Positions 36,871 to 50,560 are shown, numbered from the stretch's first letter. The stretch: 64,000 nt of DNA from Fimbriosthenelais zetlandica (GCA_977030845.1 OZ365111.1:49972001-50036000); one strand, 5' to 3'. The notes: generated by a model not told the origin, from the sequence alone. Translations and numbers: made by a program.

Positions 36871-39659
36871 CATGTCAATCAAGCCATTGTATAACAACAC
36901 TCTAGAGTACAATGGCCTGAATACTGTCACAGCTTCTATGATGTGCCTATATTATTCTTGAATCTGGTATCTACCAGAACGTTATTTCTTAGTTACCAAC
37001 TTTGCTTGTGCTGAGAATGAATGGGTTGATAGTAAAGCCTTGTTGGTGAAGGTGCGGTGCGGTGCGGTGCCTGGGGTCCTGCCATTGCTATTCATCGTTT
37101 TGATGGAGGGATCTGGTTTGACTATAGGAAGCCTGGTAAAGCAGGATCAATGCCGCATTATGCATGCTGGGAAAGTTAATGAACAAATCCCCCAATTGCC
37201 TCTGTCTTCCTCACAACATGCTTCTTTCTCCCGCCTCAAGGCCTGAGACCTTCCCATGGGGGGATGGCACAATAGGGCTGGAATTAGTGGGTGAGATATG
37301 GGCGAGAGCTGCCACATTTACAATATAGCTCATGCTTTATCTTGGGGACATGAGAACAGTGGATGAGTTACTCCTCTTAGTTTAAACAAGCACACAGATG
37401 GTGGATCCAAAGTGAAGACCTAAGGCACCAATGAGTTGGAGTGCCAAGGTAATTTAGCCATTTGTTTGAATACCAAGGTAATTTAGCCAGTTGAGCACCG
37501 ATGTTATTTTGCCTCAAAGTTCCATGTCTAGTGCCACATTTCTATCTCCGGCTGATAGTTTCGGCACTTTTAGAATAAAAACAACTCTGAAATGCTCCGT
37601 GCAAACGCTTTGTCTATTTTCATCTCCCTTGTTGCCAGGCTAGAAGTTTTCTGTTAATTTGGTTCCCCCGCCCATGTCCGTGTAACCCTGCTGCTCCAAT
37701 GTCAATCTCTTGTCTCATATCTTGGATTACTTGTCCAAGGCCAAGCCTTAAAGGGGATATGAGCCTTAACTACCTGACCTTCTACAAGGGTTATGATTTT
37801 AAAGATTCAGAAGACATGACCCGAGTAGCACGCGTCTTTCACGATCCATCGATCCTGGGATAACGAGGTCAGGGTGAGGTCAGGGTGATTGCATAATCAT
37901 CTCGCCTTGTTAGTGCGCAGTTTTTGGTAGTCACATTTAATCAGTATTTTCCTCAGGGCTTCCAATCTATATGAAGATGGACGGACCAGCTTTGGTTGTA
38001 GCTGAAGACTTGAGGGAGCGGTGCCGAGATAAGGGAGCCTACTGATGTGGAATATCACTGAAGGTCTTTGGGGAGGAGGAAGAGAGAAGGGAAAGGGGAA
38101 AAAAGAGTTAGTTGAACTTGGTGAATTGATTTGGCCGTCTGATTCTCTCCAACAGATCTGGTTTAAAGTGCCAGGTCGGATTCAGACAGAAGGATACAGG
38201 GTTAATAGATCATTCCATTATTCACAGTTAATAATCGGACTTATTTTTACTCCATCAATTCATATGTAGGATGTACAGTCGCTAGTCATTTCCCATTATG
38301 TAATCCACTTCCATTATCCTCAAAATTAATTATTGCATTCTCAGCCAACAGCCAACTCAAGAACATATATTAATCAGTTTTTTCTTTAAATTATCTTCTG
38401 GTGAATCTACTAATCAGTTTTATTTTTTCTCATTCTGTGTAAGTAATAATAAATAGGTCTATCCTATCAGTATAACATTGAATATCCAGCAGTTTTTAGA
38501 ACTTTGCTGAAAACAAAATATTTCTCCGCTCACTCCAGGGGGTATGCGTCAGACCTCCATATACATGGAGTAGAATAAACCTGGATATGTTACCATGACA
38601 TCAATGACGTCATAAACCAAAATCTCCAGAATAGAGAGAGCAATATGAAGCCCGAACCAAGAACCACTGTCTGTGAGAGAGACACGTCCGCTCCCTCCTC
38701 CACTGAAGGAATAACAGCTTTTGTTGGGCACCCTTGAGAAGTTGGCCAATGGTCAAAGATCAAACTTTATAGGCTGTTTATGGATAATTTAGTGGCTCTG
38801 TGAGTTGGCTTATTCCTTATATTGGCCAGATACGACTAGCTAGCACAGCATTTGGTGGCCAGACGAACGTCAAGAACAGAAATGACATTGATATTGATGT
38901 TCTCTGGTGTAGGATTACATTTATAGGAAACTCCTGTGCCTTTTATACAATTCCTTGTATGACTGATATTGGTAGGGATATTTGATCTGAAATTCTCACC
39001 GAGTATGTAGATACATTTACATAGAGCACTTTTGTAGCAGATAAAAGTTGCAGAATCTATTCAGTCTTCCAGAGCTTAAAATGTAAAACACTGCACATCA
39101 ATACAGAGTTCGTTATTAAGTGCCAAACGTACTCCTGCTGATGCCGCTAGTCTCCTTCTAATTGCTTCTTTCTTTCATTGTGCCAACCATTTTAACCTTT
39201 GTCCATTAACTTTGATTGGGATAGAACCAGTGGAGTTTGAAATTCTCTCAACCTGCAGAAACCTTGTGCAAATCCATAGATAGGTAGAGACAAGTGAAGA
39301 CCATTAACTAGAATAGGCTTACGGTAAGGTAAGCATTCTGCCTATTGTTCAGAAGCCGGGGGGAAGCTGTTTCCATCTCCTATACTTACCACTGCCATGT
39401 CTCACTGGGGTTTTTAATGGATGGCCGGCTGTGGACTGGGCACGGCGATTAGCATTGACCATCATGAGCGCCACATTTAACAAGTCCCACCTTAGACGGA
39501 ACGACAATTTGAAGCCATTCTTACGTCTCCCTAGGGCCACATTGACTGGTTGTTCGGGGAGAAAGGTCTTTTTGTTCTAAACTGCAAGGTGCTTGTATGG
39601 ACGGGGTGCTTGTACTGGGTGGTGGTCGGCTGAGGTTGGAAGGAGGAGTCAGTGAATAT

Positions 39660-40245
39660 TTGTTTAATGTCTGGTCAGCCTTTTCTCAGCTTTCAAAGGA
39701 CGAATAGGAAACACGCTGTTGGTACACAATTGTCTCGTTTGTCTTGAATTATACAAATGTTTCTTTTACATTCCTCTCACCATAGACAGTGGGAGACATA
39801 GCTGGCCTTTTACATTCCTCTCACCATAGACAGTGGGAGACATAGCTGGCCTTTTACATTCCTCTCACCATAGACAGTGGGAGATATGACTGGCCTTTTA
39901 TATTCCTCTCATCATAGAAAGTGGGGGACATGACTGGCCTTCTACATTCCTCTCACCATAGACAGTGGGGGACATGACTGGCCTTCTACATTCCTCTCAC
40001 CATAGAAAGTGGGAGATATGACTGGCCTTTTATATTCCTCTCATCATAGAAAGTGGGGGACATGACTGGCCTTCTACATTCCTCTCACCATAGACAGTGG
40101 GGGACATGACTGGCCTTCTACATTCCTCTCACCATAGAAAGTGGGGGACATGACTGGCCTTTGATATCCCATGTAGAAGCAATGAGTGAAAGACAATGGC
40201 AAGTTGGACAATGCTTAGGTATACCTAGCACCTTCACATGGCTAT
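39660..40245 (-). mobile_element. SINE family B copy on minus strand containing a 9 x 44-bp internal array
   Basis: Reverse complement of family B tail (39660-39740), core (to 40200) and head remnant (to about 40245); array 39767-40162. Confidence 0.8.
39767..40162. repeat. 44-bp minisatellite x9 with 132-bp higher-order repeat
   Basis: Units start at 39767, 39811, 39855, 39899, 39943, 39987, 40031, 40075 and 40119; unit 4 = unit 7 and unit 5 = unit 8. Confidence 0.95.
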
Positions 40246-42489
40246 ATCGCCTTCAAATTTTCCCTTCCACTCACTATATGTACTGCACAGACCCCCCTCC
40301 CCCACCAAAAACAACAACAAAAACCCGCACACAGAGGTTGGAAGGAAGACTAGCTCTAGATGGAACTGGTGAGGTTTTGTGGTCCTTGGGAAAGCGTATC
40401 ATTGTGGATGTATGGAACATATCAAGGTCTCCCAGGGCTCGGTGGAGTGTACCTGGAGACTAGGAGGAGGCTGCTGGAATCCCGCTCCCCTCAAGGGCTT
40501 ATTAATGACAATATAACAGCTAACGTCTCTTGTATGGAGTAAATTGGTCTTTTCTCGTGAGACGTATCTATATATGAAGAAATATCCTTATAATATATCC
40601 TCTAGAGATGATTCAAATAACCATCAAAGCAGTAGCTGAAGTGTGTTTAAATACAACACTCGACATCAGTACATTATTAGATTGAGTTTGGAATTCATAT
40701 TATTGAACTACTGCATGCTCTTGAATGCAAATTTATACAAACCCAAATATCCCAAATGCATGGCATAATTTTGAATTGTAGCTCAGGTTTTTTCCATACC
40801 CCAATGGTTTTAGGCACAGGGTAAAATATTCCCCAACCTCATTAAGTTAACATGGATAAGGATGCAAATGATTCAGGACCCTTTAGGGGGGAAAATCAAT
40901 AGAGAATTGCCAGAGGAAAAATATTACTTGAAACTGAAATTGGATTGAATAAAGTAAATTAAAAGTTTGTGAGTGACACAAAAATTGTGTGATATTGAAA
41001 CTGGTTACGAAAAACGATATTAATATGGTAGACTGCATATCTATAATATATGGATATTATGATACAGATAGATTCCCTTTGTAAACTCTCCAGAAGCAGA
41101 TCCCAGACAGGAGAAATCTCGCGAAGGTTGTTGATAGCTCAGCTGTTTAAACAATAGCTATTGTCCTTGATATTCAGCGGACACATATTTCTACTTATTA
41201 CGATAGAAAGTATATTCTCAGGAAAATAAACAAAAATTCTATTTAAATGCAATCAGATATTATTGGAATTCAATCTCAGTATTTTCTAAGGAAGTAAAAA
41301 ACAAACTGGGAAAGAAATTACTAGCTAGGTCCCTAAACAGTCACAAATTGCAATGACAGTGATTGCATTAGATATTATTCCTCTATCTGGTCTTTTCCTA
41401 AGGAAAAACTTATCAGAAGGCATTAGAAGTTTTTTTCTTGTCTAATCCCATGTCAATAGGAAATGAATATTCCGAAGTTTCAAAGTGTCAAAAGTGGTGG
41501 CTGATCGGTATTGACAATGGACTGAAGATGGCAATAATAGACCACCATCCCCGCTTATTCCCCAGGTCCCCAACTCACCATAAGCCATTCATCTGAGTGC
41601 TATTGATTTTTATATGAGCTTTTGTCATTTTCTCCGACATATGGGAGATACAGGATAGAGTAGACGCCTTCCCCTCACATTCACTCCTGATTGACAGCAC
41701 CCATTGTCTTATGACACTTAATAAGAGATAATCGAGATAATGTAATGCTACAGAGAGTGTGGGGGCTATGAGGGGTATTGTCTAGCAATTTCTGACACCT
41801 TGATGGGGGAATTCATTTACTGATTTTATCCCCTTTGCTTGCTCAATCCCTGGACTAATATCACTGCCTCAACATGCCTGCCAGTCTCAGAGGCAGGAAA
41901 GCAGAATGCAAAGCTCGTCTCACTAACGTGTCCATGCCATTCATGGCTAGTTTCACCCACTCCTGCTGCTCTCTGAGCTTTGAAATAATATATTAGCTGC
42001 CACTCCGGTAAATCTTACATTCGGTTGGATCCCATTAGTCCGAATAAAAAATCCCAACCTTACAAGGGAAGGACTTCTTTTCAAAGGTCAGGAATACCTT
42101 GGTGTCTTGCATGGTAGGCAGGGGAGCAAGGCATGCATTAAAGCAAATATTGTCCTTCGCGGGGTAGAATGCAGCATAAATACCCATAATATGATTGCAT
42201 GAGCCTTTCATGATTATTCACGACAAAAATACATATTTCCCTAGTTAATGCACCACTCCCACCAATGTTTGTTCTTTGATGATTTTTCATCCAAATTCAA
42301 CTACCAAGTCAGGACGCCCACACAGGCTCTATATAATTATTATGCCAACTCACACTATTGCTATTCCCTCCTATAGGCAGAGATAATCCAAACAAATGTC
42401 CGTGAGGATGAATTAAGCATTTGTATCATTTTTACCCCTTAGGCTCTCCTTTATAAATATGCCCCATCTATATCTACCCAAGCTGGGGT

Positions 42490-42680
42490 GGTGCCATGGC
42501 TCAAACTGTATAGTGTTTCATTTGAATGTGGGAGGTCTCTTGTTCAACTCAAATTTGCTATTGTCCTTCGCCTACCAGTGCTGCTAACTGGGATATTGAA
42601 GGCCATCTATGTCTCCCACTGTCTGGTGAGAATCATTACGTAAAAGAAACCATTGCTGCCGTTTGAGAAGAGCACCCGTC
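42490..42680 (+). mobile_element. SINE family B copy with degenerate tRNA head
   Basis: GCCATGGCTCAAACTG...GAATGTGGGAGGTCTCTTGTTCAAC then CCAGTGCTGCTAACTGGGATATTGAAGGCC...GTAAAAGAAACCATTGCTGCCGTTTGAGAAGAGCA. Confidence 0.75.
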
Positions 42681-43631
42681 ACCTCAACCCATGCTACCCT
42701 GGTGTCTCAGATCTAGTAGAGACCAGAAGCTCTCATCATCGGCTTGTGAAGACCAAAAACCATGGAAGAAAAGACTCCAATACTCAGGGGTATATGAGTG
42801 ATGGCTCAAACGCTTGGTCGACAGTAGTATGTTAGTGTCCCTGCACAGTGTCTTAAGATGCCCACACACTAATCCGATTCTCCATCCGATAGCTGTCCGA
42901 TTTAATATTTCTGTTCACATCCAATGCTGCCTGTAATTTGAACAGTATACATTACACTTATACTAGGTAAGGGTAACCACCGACACAATTATTTCAATCG
43001 TTAGATGTCAATCGGATGGAGACAATTGAAGAATGAGACCAGTGTGTTCCCGCCATTACTGTGGATGATTGTTTTAGTGATCAAGTTTTAGGAACACAAT
43101 CACAGTATCGAAAGCTTTAACGGCAAATAGGGACAGTCCCGTGTTCTCTAGATTCCATTTCATAAATTGACTGTTTATTTTGTTCGAGATGAAACATTTA
43201 TCTTCATTTCCTAATCCAAAATTCCTGGGCGCTTTATTCCTGGGCAGTAGAAAGTATAAATATCCTCGTAAAAAACAAAACCAAGTTAAAACGTACTATG
43301 TTCCTGTGTGAATGAAAGGCTGTGTGGTTATAATATTGAACATTCTGTTATGATTCCATCATTTACAACCATGCAATGAATGATAAAACACATCATTTTA
43401 AAATGTCCCATCTTTCTCCTGAATGCCAATGACCACTAACTGATCCTATTGACAGATTGAGGATAAGCCTCAGCTCCTATCACACCTGTTAACATAATCC
43501 TAGCTCCACAATGATCAATATAGCCCTATACTAGAGACGAAACAAACGGGAAAGTAACTGCCGCATTTATCTCTGTGTTTATCTAACGTTCTCGTTATGA
43601 CCGAGCCAGGAGAGGGAGAGAATAATAGAGT

Positions 43632-44107
43632 AAAGTTGGTCACACACTAGAGGCGTGTGTGTTTCCCTGTGTGAAGCGTCTATAGCTGAATACAATGTTA
43701 ACACAAAAGTGTTTAACCATTTGCATTACAACAAGTGTTTTACCACCCTGCACGCTGAAATGCCTTGAAGACCAAGTAATTGGCAGTACTCCATGTACAT
43801 GTAGTTGCAGGATGAGTGCATGTTGATAGAAATGCATGTATGTGGCGATATACATGTACATGTAAACTCATGCATGTTTGGCCAAACTGGAGCATTTTTA
43901 CTGGCATTTGAAGTACATCTGACAGTTCAGACAATAGATGCACGCAAGGTATATCAAAATGTTTTGAGCCAAATGCTCTAACCATGCTTCTGCCTTGTTG
44001 CACACATACATGTATATTAACTTGGAAGTGTTTCAAGGTGCGTTTATTTGTCAAATTCATGCGTTTCAGTTTTGGTTCGCACACATCTCCAGTGTGGGGC
44101 TAGCTTA
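43632..44107. mobile_element. MITE family C copy
   Basis: TAAAGTTGGTCACACACTAGAGGCGTGTG ... CACACATCTCCAGTGTGGGGCTAGCTTA; internal GAAGCGTCTA(T/G)A(G/A)CTGAA shared with the 62.3-kb copy. Confidence 0.65.
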
Positions 44108-44414
44108 ACGTTATGGATTGGACCAACACAAGGTTAGCCTTGTCTGTTGACAAGACGGGTTATAGGTAGAGAGAGATAGGGAAGCACTGCCTGCCGGACT
44201 CCTCCGTCTTCTATGGGATCCAATTAGCTTGAGGGGACAGGCCATCTTTACGGCTCATTGATGCGACTAACCCTCACTCTAAGCTCTATCATTCCTTATT
44301 AAAGACGACGATCTCACATAGCCACCCACCATTCCTGCCTCTCTCTATACCTGGTACCAGTGACAAAGGGGGCTACTTCCAATTAACAAATCTTTGATTC
44401 CCTATGCATTCAAT

Positions 44415-44680
44415 TTTGCCATTGTCCTTCTCCACCCAGTGCTGCTAACTTGGATGTCAAAGGTCAGTCATGTGCCACACTCTGTCTGGTCAGATCCAAT
44501 TTTGTCATTGTCCAGTCCTTCTCCACCCAGTGCTGCTAACTGGGATATCAAAGGCCAGCCATGTTTCCCACTGCATATGCATTCATGTAGTAAAGGAATC
44601 ATTGATGTTCGAGAAAAGCAGACCATCGTGTTCCGACAGCTTGTTTCCTCCTGGTCCTGGATACTCACTAACTAACAAAA
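44415..44680 (+). mobile_element. SINE family B copy with duplicated core start
   Basis: TTCTCCACCCAGTGCTGCTAACT occurs twice (about 44427 and 44519), followed by one 3' part. Confidence 0.75.
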
Positions 44681-47600
44681 CTTCGAAAGTTGGATCATTT
44701 AAATTGCGCACGTTTTCCTCTCGGAAATAATGTTATAAGTGCATAATTATCAAGTCACAAACCTATTCAAGCCCTGACTATTCCAGGCCGCTTTCTTGGT
44801 TATCTTTCTCCCCGTGTACAGACTTTAGTATAGAGAATGCCCGGCGAGTCTATCATTGACCTGTCATAGAGGGCCACACTAACTGACACCTTGATAGATG
44901 AAGACGGGAGTTGATCTTGAGCACCAGTAACTTGTGATATAAAGCGGTCCCTCTCCACTAGTCCACCCTCAGGCGCGGTTACACTGGCGCATTTTGTATT
45001 GATATTTCTGCAGACCCCGCTAATTTTGGACATGTTTTTGTAACTGAAGCAGTACATTTCTATTGCCCCACAAGGCTGGACAAGGTTCTGTCACCGAAAA
45101 GAATTTTCCAGGACATAGAGACTCCGGGAAAATATATGTAGTGCCATGTTGGAGGTATACCAATAGACATATTGGATTATTCCATTTTTTGTTGGTTAAT
45201 TTTTTATTCTGGGGTTCTTATAAGTATATAGGTTTTCCATAACTGATCAATATTATGTCTGGTAAAATGCATTTGAGAAAATTCACCCTGAATAACTCTA
45301 ATGGAGTGTTTTGGATTTGATAGGTCTATAATGAGCCTATCAATCTCTATCACAAGCCAAACTTGCCCATCCATTCCCCGCATTAAACCATACATTTTTT
45401 TAGTATAAATCGTTAATGCATTCCCATGGGTCTCCACTGATGATCCTGCGAGCCCCCAATTGACAGTTCATGGGGTCAAAAACATTTGTCCTCTACCTCT
45501 ATATGGGACCCCTGTGGTTGAAGCAAGGGGAGGATGCATTGAGGTATCCCAAGTGACCAATATTTTTAGGTGTTATATGGTACTAGGCCAGTTTACTGAC
45601 TTTTTACCTCCCAAAAGTCAAGCCCCTAAAGCCCAGATCAACTTGATCCTTATTAGATAAACTTGGTTCATAAAGTTCATGTATAAAAGTTCATTGCCTA
45701 ACTTGGGAGTTTTATAGAACATAAAACTTAGTTTGTAATCTCTCCTCATCATATGATACAGTATAGTTGCTTTTATATAAGAGAAATTTGTACTTTTTTC
45801 AGTAACACTCCATTTCCGTGTCCAAGGCTATATTTCAGTCTTGTTCTTCTTTAAGGATTTTGTCATGCTACGTTCCAACAACAAAGACCTTATCTTTCAC
45901 CATAGTGTACGGTACGGGAAAGTATCGGTTGTACACACATGCGAGTGACACATCTTTGTGAGGGGATTCATTAGATAACATTTGTCATGCCATCAATACA
46001 AAGTACCTTTGATTGTCAATGCATTCAGATCTGATAAACAGTCGAGCAGTGAGTTTGCTGTGACTACTTTGCTCCCATGCTATTCTTTCTTCACGGCTCG
46101 CCTTTCATCAGCCTCCATGATAATTGACTTAAACTCACTGACTCAGAAAATGACATAGTTTTCATGCCAGTGAACTCAGTACATAACACATCGATTCCGC
46201 TTTAAGCCTCTATCGATCTGCACCACAATTAGAGTTCTTCCCTTTGAAATGGCCCGGAGAAATATTATCTTTCTTGTACTCTTTGCCAGCTTGGGGAGGG
46301 TTGGACTTTCTTCATAGTCTGGCTGCTGGTTCTTGGCACTGACAAGCTCTGGGGCTGGTTTTAAGGGTCTCATCAGACAGAATGTGACAGAAATGTTTTG
46401 ACAGCAATGAGGAAATACTCCTGATGGAGAGAAATAGTCCTGATTGAAGTTGGCTGCTCATTAGGTTCAATTATAATATGACAGCTTCCTATTTATGACA
46501 AAATTAAGGAACCCAGTCTTCATATTCTACACTCAGAAAAGTTTCCAAGCGAAAAAATATGCTTGGAAAAATCTTTATTTTAGTCTTAATTACTGTATTT
46601 ACCAGTATTTTAAATCATTTAAGAAAATACCTACCCATATATACCCTGTATGGTGTCTAGCAAGCAACTTTCAGGGGAAAAGTTTGCCCCTATGTTTGAA
46701 TAAGTTTACCCTTCATATAACGCACTGAAATAATCTGGTCCAACTCCAAGAATCCAGGAATAGTACAGAACTTTTAAGGCACTGACCTTCCTTTGTCCTG
46801 CACTTACTCTATTAGAAAACTTGGTGTAGGGAGACTACGAGGGGTGTGTGTGGGGTGGGGAAGGGGTGGAGGGAAGGCGGGGGTATATGATCAATACTAG
46901 CCTAAATGTAGACACTGGATGAGGTAGGTGGGGAGAATCTTCTGTCAGTAAGTGACTTCTGTCAGTAGGCATCATACACCTGATTGACTTTACACAGTCA
47001 TCCACACATTCACCTGTCTTGTAAATGACTTCCAGTTCTTGCCGTGAACACAAGTGAACCTATCGATCAGCGGCCGCGGACAAGCTGGAATATGTGGATA
47101 AAGATTAGCCGTAAAATCAATATCTTCCTGCTCACGGGTACAGCCAGTGTTCCAACAGATGATGTAAAGGCATTCAACTGAATGAGGTGCAATCAAATGT
47201 GGAATTATTCCATGATTTCAGTCAGGGTGGTGTGTTACAAAGGAATCTTAAAACAGAAGCACAGCGTGATTTTCTACAATATTGAAAACCAGGATCTCCG
47301 ATTTACTTGAAACAGAAATATTTTATATCAAATATTTATCAATAATTCCATGAGTATCGGAATTTCCCTCAATATTATACAGGGCCACCCTAAATTGGGT
47401 GGTTAATTCCATATAAGAAATTATGCAAATATATTAAACTGACCCAAAAGAATGATCGGAGACCAACACTCAAATGTTGAATATCCAACGCTGGTATATC
47501 TAAGATCAAAATTTGTTTAAATGTTCCTGTTATAGCAGAACTGCCATCGAAGTATAATGTAAGTAGTATAGAAATGCCTATATATCTCGGGTACCTAATA

Positions 47601-48155
47601 GCCCCTGCATCCATACCCCAGCCTCAATATGAGCCATATTATAGTCATACTCAAGCAGCCCGTGATTAGATACATGCTTTTATCGTTCATTTAATGTGAA
47701 TTAACTCATTGACAAGCTTAATTTCACGCTGCTACCTTAAGAGCCTATTAGAGATGGGCCTGGTATGGTGTAGAACTCCGAGGTTAGCACATCGGTTAGT
47801 GTTTATAGGCTCTGCTTCTTCCAAGCAGCTGCCGGCTTGCCTATTCCTTATCCCGTCCTTATCCTTATTCCCACCACCATCTTCCCCCTTTTTCCCCACC
47901 ATGTTATGAGCCTAGACTGGTCCTCTTCCCCAAGATTTGTGCTTCACTTTCGATATATTGAATGAAGATCCAAGCTTCATCATAGACTGATCTTGGTGGG
48001 CTGATTTAAGCCCTATTTCACACTAACCTCTTTTTGACTACCCATTGATTGATAGATTCAAATATCGTTCCCTAGTCCTTTAATCTAATCTATCTGCAGA
48101 TAGAATGCTGCGTCCTCTCTCATTCTCTGTCCATTCTCCTCCATGTCCCCACTTT

Positions 48156-48297
48156 NNNNNNNNNNNNNNNNNNNNNNNNNNNNNNNNNNNNNNNNNNNNN
48201 NNNNNNNNNNNNNNNNNNNNNNNNNNNNNNNNNNNNNNNNNNNNNNNNNNNNNNNNNNNNNNNNNNNNNNNNNNNNNNNNNNNNNNNNNNNNNNNNN
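48156..48297. other. Assembly gap
   Basis: Run of N. Confidence 1.
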
Positions 48298-49094
48298 TGG
48301 GCAAGATTAGTGTAGCGAGGCTACAATATGACAAAATTACGGCGCCAAAGTGACCGCACAACGGCCATAATCGAGGGGACTCGCTCCTTAATTTGTCACA
48401 CTAAGGAGGCAAAATCTGACGAATTAGGCCAGCGAGCGGCTCAATCCCCGACCAATAACTCAGCCGGCCCGAGCAATTCCGTCCGTGTTGCCACACATCT
48501 GGGCGTCTTTGTGCCGCTCGGCCTTCCTCTATGGGGAGTGGGGATGATCTGATCTGGGTTAGAGAGTGGTTGGGTGGGTGCGGGGGGGGGGGGGGGGGGG
48601 GGGGGGTTAGAGTGCGTGTTCACTGGGAGGGGGGAGGCAGAGGCAAGGCTAGATTGAGGGATTCCTTCAATCTGTTTGATTGGAAGATTAGTTTTTGGCC
48701 TATTGATTTCTGCCGCATGCGCCTAGAAAAAACGGTCAGGGATTGGGTTGGTGGTTTTATTGAAGGCTTAGTGTTTATCGATATTTCCTTTCCTATTGTG
48801 GAAAATAAATGTCCTGTTTGTCATCTATTGAAGGCGCAGGGATGATTGGCAGTTGACTCGCAATTACTTTAGAAACTGCAAATTCCAACTGTTTCTGCCG
48901 TGATTTATTTTTGTTTTCTTAATATTCCATATCCACCGTTCAAAGTCATTTTCTATTTGTTTTCCGCACTGATGGATATGCTTTTCTCTCTCTTAGTTTT
49001 GGATTCCCATCGTTTTCCTTGTTTCTGATCATATAGAAGGAAAGTAAGCAGATATTGGTGTGTTCCTTCAATAAAATTATTACATATCATAGAC

Positions 49095-49240
49095 CCCAGT
49101 GCTGCTAACTGGGATATCAAAGGTCAGCCATGTCTTCCACTGTCTATGGCGAGAGGCATACATGCAAAAGAACCATTGCTGTTCCAGAAAAGTTGCTTTC
49201 TGTGCATCGACAGCATGTTTCCTCTCGTCTTGAGAAATAA
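49095..49240 (+). mobile_element. SINE family B core copy
   Basis: CCCAGTGCTGCTAACTGGGATATCAAAGGTCAGCCATGTCTTCCACTGTCTATGGCGAGAGG...AAAGAACCATTGCTG. Confidence 0.8.
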
Positions 49241-49521
49241 TTAATAGAAAGTAAAGAAAAGTATATGATGCACGTATACGTATCGGAGGAAAATAAATGA
49301 TATTACGGCATCTGCATGAAGATAAAGTGTCTTTGCCGTCACCATTGACAGACGGTAATTGGTGGCGGGTATTAGAACCGTTGATTAAGCAATTATCAGA
49401 TATGAAATGCTACATTAGCTTTACATAAGCCAGCCGGCGATCTAATCCCGCCTATTGTTACAAGCACCATTTATCATAATGAGACTAGAGCGGTAACGAG
49501 CGGCGCTGTGCAACCTCCCAT

Positions 49522-49672
49522 NNNNNNNNNNNNNNNNNNNNNNNNNNNNNNNNNNNNNNNNNNNNNNNNNNNNNNNNNNNNNNNNNNNNNNNNNNNNNNN
49601 NNNNNNNNNNNNNNNNNNNNNNNNNNNNNNNNNNNNNNNNNNNNNNNNNNNNNNNNNNNNNNNNNNNNNNNN
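49522..49672. other. Assembly gap (flanked by CT-rich simple repeat)
   Basis: Run of N; 49673-49760 is (CT)n-like. Confidence 1.
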
Positions 49673-50169
49673 CCCCCTCATTCTTTCTTCTCTGTCTTGC
49701 TCTTGCTCTCTCTCTCCCTCTTTCTTTCTCTCGCTCTCTCTCTCTCCCTCCCTTTCTCTCGCATAACAATTTTTACTATGCACGTTGATTTTTATATCAA
49801 GTGATTTTACATAGCAAGTGATTTTGTCAGCAGAATGCAGATATCGTGTGTCGCAAAAAATCGTGATTCCAATTTGATTTTATATGTACATCAAATAACA
49901 TCTCAGAATGCGATGCAATACCAGATAAATTATACCCTGAATACAGGACTTGGCCACCCACTCTGCCAACAGTGGAGGCCCAGTCATCATAGCTGGAGCA
50001 AGCAGAAGGTGATAAATTGGTGAGAGGGGAAGGCCGTGCAACATTTATGATTGACTCTTCTCTTGACTTGACAGTAAGCCTTGAGCATATATCCCAGAGA
50101 ATTATTTATGGATGTAGCTCAGTCCATCTCTCACCCAGCCGTCAAAAGATCTGTCTTCTCACACTAAAG

Positions 50170-50352
50170 GCTGCTGTGATTTTTCTTGCGACACTACTGC
50201 GACAAAGCTGATGCATATGTCAAAGTGTAAAACGTACCAGTGGAGGACGGCCTTAAGTCTTGGACTTTCTCACCACAGTTTATAAATTTCATAGCGACAC
50301 AAGCATCACTTTTCGCAGTAGTGTCGCAAGAAAAATCGCAGCAGTGGAGTAC
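50170..50352. mobile_element. MITE family A copy
   Basis: GCTGCTGTGATTTTTCTTGCGACACTACTGCGA / TCGCAGTAGTGTCGCAAGAAAAATCGCAGCAG arms; internal GTACCAGTGGAGGACGG shared with the 4.3-kb copy. Confidence 0.8.
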
Positions 50353-50402
50353 CGGTTTAAGGAATGAAGGGAAGCATCGAGTTTCACGTTATTTAACTTT
50401 AA

Positions 50403-50560
50403 GGGGCCTTGGCTCAGGTGACTTGAATGTGGGAGATCCTAGGTTCAATTCATCAAGCATTACATACAAATTTGTGTCCTTACTCCTCGTCCCAGTACTC
50501 CTCCTCCCAGTGCTGCTAACTGGAATATCAAAGGCCAGCCATGTCTCCCGCTGTATATGG
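50403..50560 (+). mobile_element. SINE family B copy with clear pol III A/B boxes
   Basis: GGGGCCTTGGCTCAGGTG...GAATGTGGGAGATCCTAGGTTCAATTC then CCCAGTGCTGCTAACTGGAATATCAAAGGCCAGCCATGTCTCCC. Confidence 0.8.

Noticed and set aside
39349-39540. Minus-strand 63-aa ORF containing a perfect GTAAGT donor near 39397
   Set aside because: No recognisable product or partner exons; a single donor motif is expected by chance.
39767-40162. CRISPR-like appearance of regular repeats
   Set aside because: Units are contiguous with no unique spacers, derive from a SINE, and there are no cas genes; eukaryotic context.
50403-50460. tRNA gene candidates (also 26765, 42490, 52635)
   Set aside because: Degenerate cloverleaves directly fused to the SINE core; they are SINE heads, not tRNA genes.
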